From Squalus acanthias (Eukaryota), in NCBI GenBank assembly GCA_030390025.1, contig CM059438.1, forward strand, positions 65,348,001 through 65,412,000: a DNA stretch of 64,000 nucleotides, in the 5' to 3' direction. Shown piece after piece: positions 1-13,214 of this stretch; positions within the stretch are counted from its first letter, which is position 1, and each line of letters begins with the position of its first letter. The position numbers were made by a program, and so were the translations under genes. The notes under the pieces are model-generated. The model worked only from the letters and a program-made list of their open reading frames with translations. It had not been told where the DNA came from and searched no databases.

Positions 1-777
1 TCTCCCTGCTTCTGGGACCAGAATGCAAAATATAAAAATTCAGCCTAGATCCAGCTAATTATTTTTTTAGAGAACAAAACTGAAATCCGACCAGAAGACG
101 AAAGGCTTCACCATCTTGAGACCCAACCTTCACTTCAGCAGTGACACGACCCAGTAAAAGCTGCTGTTTTCCAGCACGTTGTCACACTTAAACTGGCCTA
201 GTTTCCTGTCGCTTCTAAGTGGGAAGAATTTAGTGATACTAACAGCTAAATCTGAAATATCGTAGGACACTCAGCTATCAGTGATCAATGCGAAATTTAC
301 TCTTTTGTCAAATTCACAATGATCTGTTACATCAGCCAGGAAGTGGCGAGATTGTCTGACTTTGCGCAATTTATTTTTTTGCTGACCTTCACTGTAATTT
401 CACGATAAACACACTCAAACTTATACACAAACTGTTTAACTAATCAACACATTTTACAATCACCCCTTTCCCGTGCATTGGAATTATTCAACTAATTAGC
501 ATGTTGTGCAGTTGAAACCCTGAGGTTTATTGAGCACATTACCATATTGCACATCTTCCTCTTATCCATCTTCAGATTTAATTGGAACATTGTATAACAT
601 GTAGCCAGGGCTGGCTGAGGGACAGAAGAGGCATATGTTGGAAGAGCTCAAGAAAATCCTTTTATATCTAAACATACAAAGTACATTTGCTAATGACAGG
701 GTCTGTAGTTGCAATTTGGAAAGACACTCAAATCTGGGACACCTGCATGAAACGGGATGGTACTATTTTATTGGTTT

Positions 778-1670
778 TCTGCTTGTCCGACATCCAGTAC
801 TGGATGAGCAGAAATTTTCTCCAATTAAATATTGGGAAGACTGAAGCCATTGTTTTCGGTCCCCGCCACAAACTCCGCTCCCGCCCACTGACTCCATCCC
901 TCTCCCTAACATCTGTCTGAGGCTGAACCACACTGTTCGCACCCTTGGTGTCATATTTGACCCTGAAATTAGCTTCCGACCACATATCCACAGCATAACA
1001 AAGACCACCTATTTCCACCTCCATAACAACGCCTGTCTCCGCCCTTGCCTCAGCTCATCCGCTGTTGAAACCCTCATCCATGCCTTTGTTACCTCTAGAC
1101 TTGACTATTCCAATGCACTCCTGGCTGGCCTCCCACATTCCACCCTACGTAAACTTGAGGTCATCCAAAACTCAGCTGCCCATGTCCTAACTCGCACCAA
1201 GTCCCGTTCGCCCATCACCCCTGTGCTCACTGACCTACATTGGCTCCCGGTTAAGCAACGCCTCGATTTCAAAATTCTCATCCTTGTTTTCAAATCCCTC
1301 CAAGGCCTTGCCCCTCCCTATCTCTGTAATCTCCTTCAGCCCCACAACCCCCGAGATATCTGCGCTCCTCTAATTCTGCCCTCTTGAGCATCCCTGATTA
1401 TAATTGCTCAACCATTGGTGGCCGTGCCTTCCATTGCCTAGGCCCTAAGCTCTGGAATTCCCTCCCTAAACCTCTCCGCCTCTCTACCTCTCTTTCCTCC
1501 TTTAAGACGCTCCTTAATACCTACCTCTTTGACCAAGCTTTTGGTCACATGCCCTAATTTCTCCTTATGTGGCTCGGTGTCAAATTTTTTGTCTTTTAAT
1601 ACTCCTGTGAAGCACTTTGGGACGTGTTACTACGTTAAAGGCGCTATGTAATTTCAAGTTGTTGTTGTTT
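778..1670 (+). mobile_element. L2-clade LINE, 5'-truncated 3' end (RT C-terminus + 3'UTR)
   Basis: LSDIQYWMSRNFLQLNIGKTE and LDYSN/LHWLPV-type motifs; ends ...AAAGGCGCTAT...GTTGTTGTTGTT. Confidence 0.85.
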
Positions 1671-1959
1671 TATCAAGATACATTAAGGTTTCACTTACAA
1701 TGGTTCTGAAAGCTTCCACCCTTCCCCGCCCCACACACACACAATTATTTTTTTAAGCATTCACTAGTATGTATTGAAATAAATAGCTCTGGAATAGATA
1801 GCGATTTAAATTCATTTTGGGTTTCCAGACATTGAGTTACACAGTTTGCAGGAATGGATTTAATTTAAAATGATCATTTTTATTGCTGTCTTCCTCCCAC
1901 TCCAGACTGCCTATTGTTGATTAATTGCACTACATCTTGGGAGATCAAATCGAGAATAT

Positions 1960-2775
1960 GGGAGCGATTTTGTGAATGGGGGCGTGTTGGAGGTGGGACT
2001 GCTGCTTGTCGGGTCGATGTCCCGCCTCCATCAATTTGTGGCTAACCCACGCTATTTTCCCTTGATTGACCCAATTAAGGGAAAGCCGGTTGCAGAGCAC
2101 GTCAACGTATGACGTTTCATCTGTCAAAATTTTTGACAGATGAATTGTTATCGTTTGACAGCTCTGTGAAGCTGTCAAACACTGATATTCTCTGCAGTTT
2201 GATGAGGTCTTGAATACAAGACCCCATCAAACTTCTTTCTTTAACAGAATTGAGATGGTTGTTGCATCTGTGAATGCAACGGCCACCTGTCAATCCCAAC
2301 GCGGAGGTCCGAGACTCTGTGCATAGAAACCGACTGAAGCCTGCAGGAAGAAACAAAGGTAAGTACACTTTTACTAACACTTTGCACTTACCTCAGATAC
2401 TCACCTCTCCACTCTTGCACCCATCACTTACCTTCACACCACACTTTTGCACCCCCCCCCCGACCCCCGCAGACCCAGTACTCGCCTCGCTGAGCTGGCG
2501 GGTTTCGGAGCCTTCGGGAAGCCCGCACTTGTGAGGGCAAAAAGGGGATAATCCTATTATCTGCCTGTTAACTACCTGTTAACAGGCAGTTAATAGGCTT
2601 TAATCCCTTCCCGCCTCCAAGGAGACGGGACCCGGCGCGGGACGGCTACCCACCTCCTGGCAAGATGGCATGGAGACAGGTTGGGGGCGGGTTGGGCACC
2701 CGCCCCCAGTTTCTGCCATTTTCCTGGCAGTCCCGCCTCCATACCCGCCTCCCCAGGGCTGGCAAAATTGCCCCC
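1960..2775. mobile_element. Harbinger-type MITE (family A)
   Basis: Termini GGGAGCGATTTTG...GGCAAAATTGCCCCC; flanks TAT/AAT; colinear second copy at 49046-49880. Confidence 0.8.
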
Positions 2776-3144
2776 AATGTTTCATTTTTAGAAGTCATGT
2801 TTTAACTTTCCTCCCTAATCTCTGCTCTGTGGAACTGATATCTTGTTTAAGTTGCTAATCTTGGCTCTGAGCTGAAATTCAACCCCTGTTGTTCGACACG
2901 AGGTCGTTTGAACTGTGGTTGCTGACTTGGTGCCAGATTGAGTGAGGCTCACCAGGGGGACAGATATCTTCGTGATGCCCAGGAAGATGCTTACCAATTT
3001 AAGCTGGATTAGGACTCCTCTCTGATTCAACCCACTTTGGTAGCAATGAGCGATAAGGTGGCCACTGTAAGTGTGATCTCGTCAAGTGACCCAAAGAGGC
3101 AAAAACAAATCCCTCCCATAATTTATTCTGGCTTGGTCTGTTAC

Positions 3145-4150
3145 AGGAATCATTAGAACATAGGAACAGGAGTAGGTCATTCAGCCCCTTGAGCCTGTTC
3201 CCCCATTCAATTAGATCATGGCTGATCTGTGAAGGGAAGGCGTTAACAACCCCTTGGACATTGTGCATTTCAAACAAAAAGACAGCCTGTGCAGAAATCA
3301 TTGGAAAAGCCCAAAAAAACAACTGATGATAAGAACAAAGTACCACAGGACTGATAAACTGAGAATAAAGTGATTAATGACTGCTGAGGCAGTTAGAAAT
3401 TGTTGGGAAAACTAGAACATTTCTGTGCAAAGCAAGTCTTTGAGAGGATTTGGACACTGATAAGGGAGGCCTAAGCTTTCCATGGTGTGGAGCAAGTGAG
3501 ACAGAAGGACAGGCTGTGGCTGAAGGGTTGCACCTGGTTTAACATCTGGGGAGGTTGAGTGACACACAAAGAAACAGCCAACCATCCATCATTGATGCCT
3601 AGCAACAGTGGGTGAGTGGACAAAATGGGACTTCCATTAGCTTTTACTCATGCTCCAACTAGCAAGAACCATATAAAAATGGGACATCATAGCAGGTCCG
3701 GCACTGCAGTCAACGAGAGCCACATGAAGCTTCACCTAAGCAGGACATCCCACCAGAAGAAGAATCCAGTGCCACACAAGAGCTGATCGCTCTGCTGTCT
3801 TGATGTTGCTTCCTTGGTTTAAAGGTCATATGCATTGATTCATGCTGTCTTGATGCTTATTGTGAACTGTTTTGATGCTGTGTGCACTGTTAAATCATTA
3901 AACGTAACTTTGATTGTTTAAGATACAGAGCAGTGTGATTTTTTTTGGCTGCCTGCAGTCCAGGTCCACGAATCACTGGAATATCCGTATCCCTACATCT
4001 GGATCTTAACTCTATCTACCCGCCTTGGTTCTGTAACCCTTAATACCCTTGCCTAACAAAAATCTATCAATCTCAGTTTTGAAACTTTCAATTGACCTAG
4101 TCGCAACAGCTTTTTGGGGGAGAGAGTTCCAGATTTCTACTACCCTTTCG
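3145..4150 (-). mobile_element. CR1 LINE 3' end, interrupted by a solo LTR
   Basis: CATAGGAACAGGAGTAGG...GATCATGGCTGATCTG tail resumes after 3997; similar copy at 32270-32600. Confidence 0.7.
3230..3997 (+). mobile_element. Solo LTR (768 bp)
   Basis: TGAAGGG...CCCTACA termini; 4-bp TSD TCTG (3226-3229/3998-4001); TATAAAA ~3672; ATTAAA ~3897. Confidence 0.8.
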
Positions 4151-4428
4151 TTGACTCACCATTCTTTGAGACCTGATCATACATTTATACAAAGGGGGAG
4201 CATTTCCCTGGGAGTTCTGCTGATCTCCTGCACCAACTTTGGCAGAAGATTGATGGAAACCCTGGAGAATGGCCTTGTGTTGCATCAACACTAGCCTTGT
4301 GTTGTATAAATTGGGCACTAAGGCCCAAACTGAATTCACCCAGGCTGCTTGCGCTGCTCTGCTTTGTCAGGTTAGGGCCTGGCTCTGGATTTAGGCTGTA
4401 TTTATACATGTATGTATGTATGTATATA

Positions 4429-4658
4429 GGCGCTGAACACCTCGAGTCTCTTTGCCGGGAGCAAGCGGAAGCCAAGCGCAGGCAGCACAAGGAGCGCACG
4501 TCAACCCAAGCACGCCACCCACCTGCCCCTTCAACCACCGTCTGCCCCACCTGTGACAGAGACTGTAGGTCCCGCATTCGACTCATCAGTCACCTGCGAA
4601 CTCATTTTTAATGTGGAAGCAAGTCATCCTCGGTTCCGAGGGACTGCCTAAGCAGAAG
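4429..4658 (+). mobile_element. RTE-type LINE extreme 3' end
   Basis: Encodes CPTCDRDCRSRI.L.SHLRTH C2H2-like end; near-identical to 23369-23598; AGA-type tail. Confidence 0.8.
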
Positions 4659-4676
4659 ATTTATATAACAGCAACA

Positions 4677-5000
4677 GCCATCTTGGCTCTGATTCAGAAG
4701 GTTGTGGGTTTAAGCATCACTTGAGTACACAAAGAAGGCTAACACCTGTGTACAGTGCTGTATTATTGGAGGTACCAAACTTCTGACGAGATGTTAAATC
4801 AAAGCGCTGTAATTGTAATCCGGTGATTCATGTGCATGTTAAAGATCTTAAGGCACTATTTGAAGAAGAGCTGGGAAATCTCCCAGCGTCCTGGTCAACA
4901 TTTCTCCCTCCACTAACACTGTCACAAACAGATTAACTCGTCCTTTATCTCATTACTGTTTGTGACACAATTGTTACAGATTGTGTAACAGTCACGTTGG
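4677..5000 (+). mobile_element. Degraded tRNA-derived Deu-type SINE
   Basis: Colinear with the copy at 17720-18200. Confidence 0.6.
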
Positions 5001-5414
5001 TTCCTTTTAAGAACTTTAAGAAGGAATCATCCAACCTCAAAATATTCCACTTTCAGACACTGGCGGTTGAGCAGTGCGGACCAAACCCACTTTATTTCTC
5101 AGCTCTGTGAACTTCAAATTAAAAAATGATGTGCCCTGCAGACACTAATACAGAGTTGTCTCTCTTACAAGAGGTCCTTCCCAGCTTTTTGCCATAACCC
5201 TACTGTGCACCATGCCTTAGTCCATTCATGTAATGTTTTGGTACTGGTCAAGAGCTCTGGTGAGAAAGTTGTTGTGGGTCTAAACTGCTGAATTGTTTTT
5301 TCTTTGCTGTCTGGTCATGCTTACCACTCTATTCTGTATTTAATTGGTCAGTTCTATATTCTGTGCTGCTACGTATTAACTCGGTAAATAAAAACGACTC
5401 CTTTTCAAACATTT

Positions 5415-5840
5415 AACAACAACAACCTATATTTATATAGCACCTTTAACGTGATAAAATGTCCCAAGGCGCTTCACAGGAGCATTATCAAAAAAAAAAA
5501 TTGACACCCAGCGATTCAAGGAGATGTTAGGGCAGATGACCAAAAGCTTGGTCGAAGAGGTAGGTTTTAAGGAGTGTCTTAAATGAGGAAAAAGAGACAG
5601 AGAGATTTAGGAAATTCAAGAGCTTAGGACCTAGGCAGCTGAAGTACGACCGCCAATGGTGGAGCAATTCAAATTAAAATCGCCGATGTTCAAACTGCCA
5701 GAATAGGCAGAGCGCAGAGGTCTGGGGGATTATAGGACTCGAGGAGATTACAGAGATAAGGATGAGAATTTTAAAATTGAGGCATTGCTTAACTAGGAGC
5801 CAATGGAGGTCAGCAAGCACCGGGGAGATGGGTGAGAGGG
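5415..5840 (-). mobile_element. L2 LINE 3' end
   Basis: Reverse complement of the 1230-1670 segment; AACAACAAC tail. Confidence 0.75.
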
Positions 5841-7139
5841 ATTTTGGTTATTTTTTCTTTTTCCAGTATTCGATAGCAGTGAAACAAGTTGCGGGGTCTT
5901 GTAGTTTTAAGAACAACTTTATACTCCTGTGATGGATCATTTATTCAACCCACTCATCCAATGTCGAAATGAGCTGAACAGAAAGATGCCAGGTTCAATC
6001 TCGGTAACACCGTCATTTGAAACTTACCCACCTCAGAGCATGGGCCCTCACCCGACATGGACTCTCAGCCACCACAGATAGTAGACCACACCCACTATAA
6101 GATCACAGCCACCACTTGCAAGGATCCAACCCTCCTCTTCCATCTTACCTACCACCGAGCATGGATCCACGCCCATCACGGATCAGTTCATTTAATTTTG
6201 TGTTGGTTGTATAAACATTTCTTCTCCCTGCCCCCCATCTCTCCCCCCAGAAAAGTCCCTTGATTACAGTCCTACTACTTTCAGGTGCAATCAACACCTG
6301 ACATAGCATATGTGAAGGGTAGTTTTTTTAAACATTATACAATCATTTGCCCAACCTTGCATGTGTTCGATAAGCCATACTTCATTTTTCTCTACCTTAG
6401 CAAGCTACGTAAACTGACTAGAATAGAACTGGAATTGGACAATGAATCTGAGGGTTGGCTGCGTCAAAATTCTCAAGATGACTGCTGGAGGCCTGTGGCA
6501 GCATAATAAGGATTGTTGGCACAGAGACTGTATGTGAAACATTAATGAAAAATATTAGAGTACTAGTCAACCAGAACTTGCACAGAGAAGTTATCCTGTA
6601 ATGTTAATGATGACAATCCAGAACTTTGAAAATTAAATTCCCTTGATTATGATTAAATATTCCAAACATCTAGTGAGACTTTGATTCAAATGTTATCCAG
6701 TTAATTTGTTCTGATGTATTGGGGGTGGGGGTGGGAGGAGAGATGAATTAAAGTATTCTCAATGCGTAAAGCTTAATTGCTTTGGGACGACAGGCTGGCA
6801 AAGTAGGTCAGCACATAATCTTTCACCTCTCTGATTTGGGTTCACATGCAGCCCAGATTAGGAGGATGCCTGTTCATTGTCTGTAGGGGCCCGATACAAA
6901 GAGAGTTTGGGAAATCTAGACCCAGTTCCCAGTGGGCATGAACAACCACTTTTATTTTATTTTTTTAAAGTGCCTTATTTGGCACAAAATTGCCAGTCTC
7001 ACAAGAGTGCTGAGTGGAGTGCCACAGGGATTGGTGTTGTGAACCCGCCTGTTTCTAATTTACATGAACAACTTGGATTATGAAGCTCAATGCAAATTCG
7101 GCAGGCAAGAGAGACAGGGGGACACTTGACGATGAAGTG

Positions 7140-8730
7140 ACAGCCAAAGATGTAGAAAATGAGTTAAAAAGAATATGTAAATGATTTGACCACTGGCAGT
7201 TGAAATTCAGCATGAATAAGTATAAAAATATTGCACATGAGGAGAAAAATGAGTTACATAACGCGCTAAAGAAATGATGTTGAGTTAGTTAAGGGCGAAA
7301 TTGAAAGACACCTGGGGGTATTGATATATTCAGCGTTTAATATCTCCAATCACTGCAGCATCTAGCAATAAATCACTTGTGGGTGAGACCAAAATTAGGG
7401 GCCATAAATATAAGATAGTCACTAATAATTCCAATAGGGAATTCAGGAGAAACCTGTTTACCCAGAGAGTGGTTAGAATGTGGAACTCGCTATCACAAGG
7501 AATAGTTGAGGTGAATAGCAGAGATGCATTTAAGGGGAAGCATGAGGAAAAAGGAACAGGTTATGTTGGTGGGGTTAGATGAAGAAGGGTGGGAGGAGGC
7601 TTGTGTGGAGCATAAACACCGGCATGGACCAGTTGGGCTGAATGGCCTGTTTCTGTGCTGTAAATATTATGTAATACTATGCAAGACAAATAGAATATTG
7701 AACTACAAAAGGCAAAATGCTGTGGATGCTGTAAATCTGAAATGTAAACAGAACATGCTGGAAATACTCAGCAGGCCAGGCAGCCTCTGTGAAGCGAGAA
7801 ACAGAGTTAACGTTTCAGGTCTGTGGCCTTTCACCCGAACTGGGAATTGTCACAGCTGTAACAGGTTTTAAACAAGCGCAGATGCAGGGAAAGGGTGGGA
7901 GGGAGGAGAGGAAAGAATAAAAGGGAAGGTCTGTGATAAGGTGGAACCTATCCTGTTTTCCTGTTGAAAGTCTCTGGTCACAGACAGGGACCTTGTCCCA
8001 GGACAACACTAGAGTGAAAATACACCATCACAGACCTTCCCTTTTGCTCTTTCCTCCCCTCTCCCCTTTCCCTGCCTCTGCATTTGCTTGAAACATCTGT
8101 AACATTTTCCAGTTCTGACGAAAGGTCACAGATCTGAAACATTAACTCTGTTTCTCTCTCCACAGATGCTGCCTGACCAGCTGAGTATTTCCAGCATTTT
8201 CTGAGAATATTGAACTATATAGCCAAGATAGTAGACTGTAAGTGAGAATATTTTAAGTTGAAACTGTAAGGTGCTCTGGTCAGATTACACCTTGACTACA
8301 GTTTTTGTCATTGACACACAAGAGTGACATTCAAGCCTTGGAGGCACTGCAGAGAAGCATTCCGAGACTGCTCCTGGGCATCGGAGGATAGGTTGGGGAA
8401 CTTGGGGTACTGAGCCTCAAAAGGATATGACAAAGAGGAAACAATGAACAAGGCAGAAAGCAGAATTATGGAACAATAAGCCAAAAGCTGAGAGTACAAC
8501 AAGGTGCACATGTTCAATCTCATGAAAGGCAAACGTAGCACTGATGTCAGAAGATTGTTCTTCATACGAAGGGTGCTCAACACATGGAACAAACTTCAGG
8601 GCTAGAGTAGTTAAACCAAAAGTGATTTAAGAAACACGAGTTGTGAAGGGGGTGTGCAGTTGATCCTTTCTGGATGAGTTAGCTTTACGTGGGTTAAGTG
8701 GCCTTCTTCATTCATATCTACCTTGTGATT
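7140..8730 (+). mobile_element. Old CR1 RT/3'UTR remnant with a younger CR1 3' end nested at ~7375-7680
   Basis: RGHKYKI / FTQRVVRMWNSL motifs; degenerate CR1 flanks. Confidence 0.6.
7706..8203. mobile_element. Fold-back Penelope-like end (family P1), two inverted pLTR arms
   Basis: Arms match the 3' end of the GIY-YIG element (28200-28410); 14-bp TSD AGAATATTGAACTA (7692-7705/8204-8217). Confidence 0.75.
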
Positions 8731-9134
8731 ATGTGAAAGGCCACAGAAATAGAAAATGTTGAATTGATACAGTTGGACATACTTGTTAAAAAAAAAAGCA
8801 TCTTTGTGTTTATTAGATGACTTCCTGGATTTGTTCTTGCTAGTTATGGCACACTCAGGGTTACTATTAGTTTCTTTAAGCTACAAGAACATACATTGCA
8901 ATTTGAGATGTAAAAGGTTGCTTCCTTAGAAGAATTCATTGACAACATTTTCTTGCGTGTCATTCCATTTAGTTTAGTCAGCTTGACACTTTGGCCAAAT
9001 ACAGACAGGATGAGAGATGTATTTGAACTTTACTGTAAGTGACAGCTGTACTTGAATGGACAAGCATCCTTTGCACTTGGTAACCTATGCATGCCTGTTA
9101 ATGTAATGCAGTTATGAGAGGTGCAGTTTGAAAG

Positions 9135-10305
9135 AAGAAGAAAAAATCTTGCAATTATATAGTATCTTTCACATTCCCAGGACATCCCAAAGTGCTTCAC
9201 AGCCATTGGCCCAAAAATTCGTGAGGAAGCCTTTGTGCGAGGGTAAGGCTTCCCCGCGATCTCTCACTGCGCGTTGGCTTTTTCAGTTCCAGCTCGCACG
9301 AACTTGATGTTCTGGACAGCTGCTGTGCAGTGCTTTCGTATCCCACAGGCGTAGTTAATTCGTGCGAGCTGTGGGATCACGTGACTCAGTTAGAGCCAAT
9401 GGCAGCACACCATCTTCCATTCATAACTTTCACATAAGTGCTGTGAAAGCTATGAATACTATAGCCCCCCAAAAGAACAGCTAAACCTCAATTAAATTTT
9501 AAAAAAAACCATCACATTAATAAAATAAGTATAGTTAAATAAATTAACCATTTTAAATAAAAAATTAAATTTTTGAAAACATTTAAAATCTTTTAAAAAG
9601 TTATAAAAATAAACTTACCTGTCTTTAAAGTCTCTAAAAAAGATATACCTGTTAAAAAAAATTCAAAATAATACTTAATTCACTACTTACCTTGTTAAAA
9701 GTGGGTCTTACTCCTCCTTTTTTTATGTGTAAAATCTTCCATGCTTACCTGCGCGTTGAAACCACTAAGTGCACTGCATGCGCGCAGCCTGTAGCGTGCA
9801 TGCGGTTCACCTAGGAACCGCCCCCTTTTCCATTCACCAAGTGCCGGTTTTCAGCGCATGCGCAGTGCATGCAGAAAACCGGCAATTGGAGACAGAATAC
9901 GCGAGAGTACACAGTGCGTACTCTCGCGTATCAACACAAATTTTTGGGCCATTGAGTTACTTTTGAAGTGCAGTCCCTGTTGTTTGTAGGCAAACAGTGC
10001 AGCCAATTTCTGCATGGCAAGGTCTCCACAAACAACGAGTGAGATAAATGACTAGTTCATCTGTTTTTGGTGGTGTTCATGACACCAGGAGAACTTCCTT
10101 CCTCCTCTTCAAATAATGAAGTGGGAGCTTTTACACCAATCTGAACAGGCAGTAGGTGCCTCATTTCAACCTCTCGTCTGAAGGGCGACATTTTTGCCGA
10201 GGTAACACTTCCTCAGTACTTCACCAAAATGTCAGCCTCAATAATGTGCCCATCTCTGTGATCTGGGCATGACCCCAGAGCTATCTGACTCAGAGTTAAG
10301 AACTT
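9135..10305 (-). mobile_element. Deu-type SINE interrupted by a MITE
   Basis: SINE tail CTTGCA.TTATATAG; body resumes after 9953. Confidence 0.65.
9208..9950. mobile_element. Harbinger-type MITE (family B)
   Basis: TIR GGCCCAAAAATT...AATTTTTGGGCC; TSD ATT; inverted near-identical copy at 57432-58172. Confidence 0.88.
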
Positions 10306-10321
10306 AGCTCAGTGGTAGCAC

Positions 10322-10792
10322 AAAGAAAGAAAGACTTGCATTTATATAGCACCTTTCACGACCACCAGACGTCTCAAAGCGCTTTACAGCCAATGAAGTA
10401 TTTTTGAAGTGGAGTCACTGTTGTAATGTGGGAAACGCAGCAGCCAATTTGCACACAGCAAGCTCCCACAAACAGCAATGTGATAATAACCAGATAATCT
10501 GTTTTTGTTGTGTTGGTTGAGGGATAAGTATTGGCCAGGACACCATGGATAACTCCCCTGCCCTTCTTTGAAATAGTGCCTGGGGATCTTTTACGTCCAC
10601 CTGAGAGAGCAGACGGGGCCTCGGCTTAACGTCTCATCTGAAAGACGACTCCTCCAACAGTGCAGCACTCCCTCAGCACTACACTGGAGTGTCAGCCTAG
10701 CAATATGTGCTCAAGTCAATGCAGTGGGACCTTGAACCCACAACCTTCTGACTCAGAGGTGAGTGTGCTACCCACTGAGCCACGGCTGACAC
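10322..10792 (-). mobile_element. Full-length tRNA-derived Deu-type SINE (SacSINE1-like)
   Basis: Minus-strand head GTGTCAGCCGTGGCTCAGTGG (A box) and GGTTCAAGTCC (B box); L2-like tail with (CTTT)n. Confidence 0.8.
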
Positions 10793-11005
10793 AGTTGTCT
10801 AATGTCAAATGCAAGAACATTCAGGTGTCAATGATGGTCAGGTGATGACAGTAATAGCTGGACAGGAGGGTCATGAAGCGGTGACAGCTGAAACAGTATT
10901 AGAGGCTGGCTGTCTAAAACTCTTCTATATCTCAGTGTATTGAAGAACAACCTACCAGGAACATAGTAACAGCTATGACTTCCTTTATTGAATTGTGTAC
11001 CCCAG

Positions 11006-11233
11006 GTCTGAAGTACAAGAGCAAAATGGAACTGTACAGGAACAGAATTCGCATTTATTTAATTCCGATTTCTTTGCTAAACTTCGTTACTTGCACAAAG
11101 AGCTGAGGCTATTTCAAAGGCTGTATAATCGCTCGAAGCTTACGGCAAAGTTGGTCTGCAAGATAGAAAGCAAACTGAAGCGAGACTGGTGGGAGGTTGT
11201 CTTCGGGTTGAATTGCCTTTGGGCTTTGCTTCT
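11006..11233 (+). CDS. Candidate internal exon of an unidentified gene
   Basis: CCCCAG acceptor, GTAAGT donor, 228 nt, one open frame (SEVQEQ...KRDWWEVVFGLNCLWALL); no homology recognised. Confidence 0.3.
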
Positions 11234-12777
11234 GTAAGTTGGCATCACAAAGGATGATTAACCATTTTGCAAAAATAATTGCAAAGCACATTCATCAAGA
11301 AAAAGCTTTGCTCCTTTGTGCGAGTTGTACTGACTGTCTTCAGCACAGCTCACAGCATTTTAATGATACCCAACACAAATGAAAGCTTTTATGTCTGGTT
11401 AGTTGATAATTCCACTTTTCAATGTACTGTACTTCTAAAGAGGCCTCATTTTAACATCACCTCCAGTGCCTGTGTTATTATGGAATTGGGGTAGTATATT
11501 TAATTAAAAGTTCGTTGTTACTTCTGATAATTTCTAGTGGTAATTTTGGATTGATATGCTTCCTCGTTCCATTAGGTTTAATGTAAAATGGCCACAAGTG
11601 CAACACTTCTTGTTTGATGTTGGAGGTTACATAAAGCTTGGTTGAATTAACCACAACTGAACTAATACGGATATATGTAAGAAATGTAGATATCAGCTCC
11701 CTCGATGTCTCCATTGCAAACGCACTGGTCAATGCAGAACTGGAACAGACAGAGCACAAAGGTCTGCGGGTCAATTTCTAGTCTATACTGAGCGAGCCAA
11801 TTTCAGCTGATGCGGTAGCAGGGGCAGTTGGGATCAGTGCCCATGAGGAAGGGAGAGGAAATATCAACTGGAATCCCTGCTCTTAATTGACTTGCAGTAA
11901 TTCCTGTTGGAAAGTGCACATTGCATGAGGATAGAATCATTCTGGACTATGATGTTGCCTCACGGTCAAACCGTCGCCCCAATAGTCATTCCTTGGGTTC
12001 ACACATGAAGAATGGCCACTTGGATGAGTCTGCGCCCTCAGCAGGAGATTGGAAACAAATTGGAGGGACAAAAATAACTTTGATGTCGGATGTTGAAATC
12101 TATTTTTTTTTAAAACACTGGATTTGTGAGACACAAACCCATGATACTCTGAGATAAATGGGTACAATCAATTAACGGAAGAGTACAGCTCTTATCCGGA
12201 GCTCCAAATCTCAGTGTATTCAACGTTGCAACAAACGCAAGTGTTGAAGAAATGCACAATTGATGGATGCCGCATAGAAGCCAAGAATCATCTCGTGGTC
12301 AAGGCCTCCACCGTGAATAATGACCCCTCAGGAAGCGAGGCAAAGTACTTTCTGTCTCCCGAACTTTGTACACTGTCATAGTCGTCAACGTGGTGTGTAA
12401 TGTACCACCGCCTGATTATGAAGAAGACAATTTGAAAATTACAGAGATAATTACTGCTGAAGATTTTTCGAGCCCTGCTGCGACGACAATAGAAATCTAA
12501 TGTAATGTAGCAATGTAATTTTAGAAAGCAGCCATCCAGATTTGAACGGAGGATGTTGTAATGTAAACAGATATCCTGAGTTTGCAGGCCAGGGAAAATA
12601 ATTTTGCAGAACCTGTTGTCAAGAAGTTGAATAAGTTTATACTCATACGCTGTCTCTCCACCTTCTCGCTTCTATTTTAACATATATTCCATGTTATTTC
12701 TCCCTTAGATTAATTCAACTCTTAAGTTACATTTAAGCAATTAAGTTTGCTTTTTCTTCGCTGGCCGATGCTCCATT

Positions 12778-13214
12778 ACATAGAAACATAGAAACATAGA
12801 ATCTAGGAGCAGGAGTAGGCCATTCGGCCCGTCGAGCCTGCTCCGCCATTCAATACGATCATGGCTGATCATCCAAATCCAGTACCCTGTCCCTGCTTTA
12901 ATCCCCACAGTACACATATCCCACCCTACCCCCGTAGCCCCACGTATTTAATTCCCCCTAACATATCCCATCCTATCCCCATAACCCCACATATTTAATC
13001 CCCCCTAACACTAAGGGTCAATTTATCATAGCCAAATCAACCTAACCCACACATTTTTGGACTGTGGGAGGAAACCGGAGCACCCGGAGGAAACCCACGC
13101 AGACACGGGGAGAATGTGCAAACTCCACACAGACAGTCACCCGAGGTCAGATTCGAACCCGGGTCTCTGGCGCTGTGAGGCACCAGTGCTAACCACTATG
13201 CCACCGTGTTGCCC
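12778..13214 (-). mobile_element. V-SINE (HE1-like)
   Basis: tRNA head with A/B boxes; V domain (GGAAACCGGAGCACCCGGAGGAAACCCACGC on +); CR1-type tail (ACATAGAA)n. Confidence 0.88.

Noticed and set aside
6401-6597. Exon-like segment with a vaguely saposin-like Cys pattern
   Set aside because: Needs a frameshift, donor is weak, no convincing motif
11740-11970. Ancient SINE-like repeat (also ~6800-7030 and ~57100-57290)
   Set aside because: Too degenerate to assign by eye
13140-13214. tRNA gene (also at 10720-10790 and 17722-17790)
   Set aside because: tRNA-derived SINE heads continuous with SINE bodies
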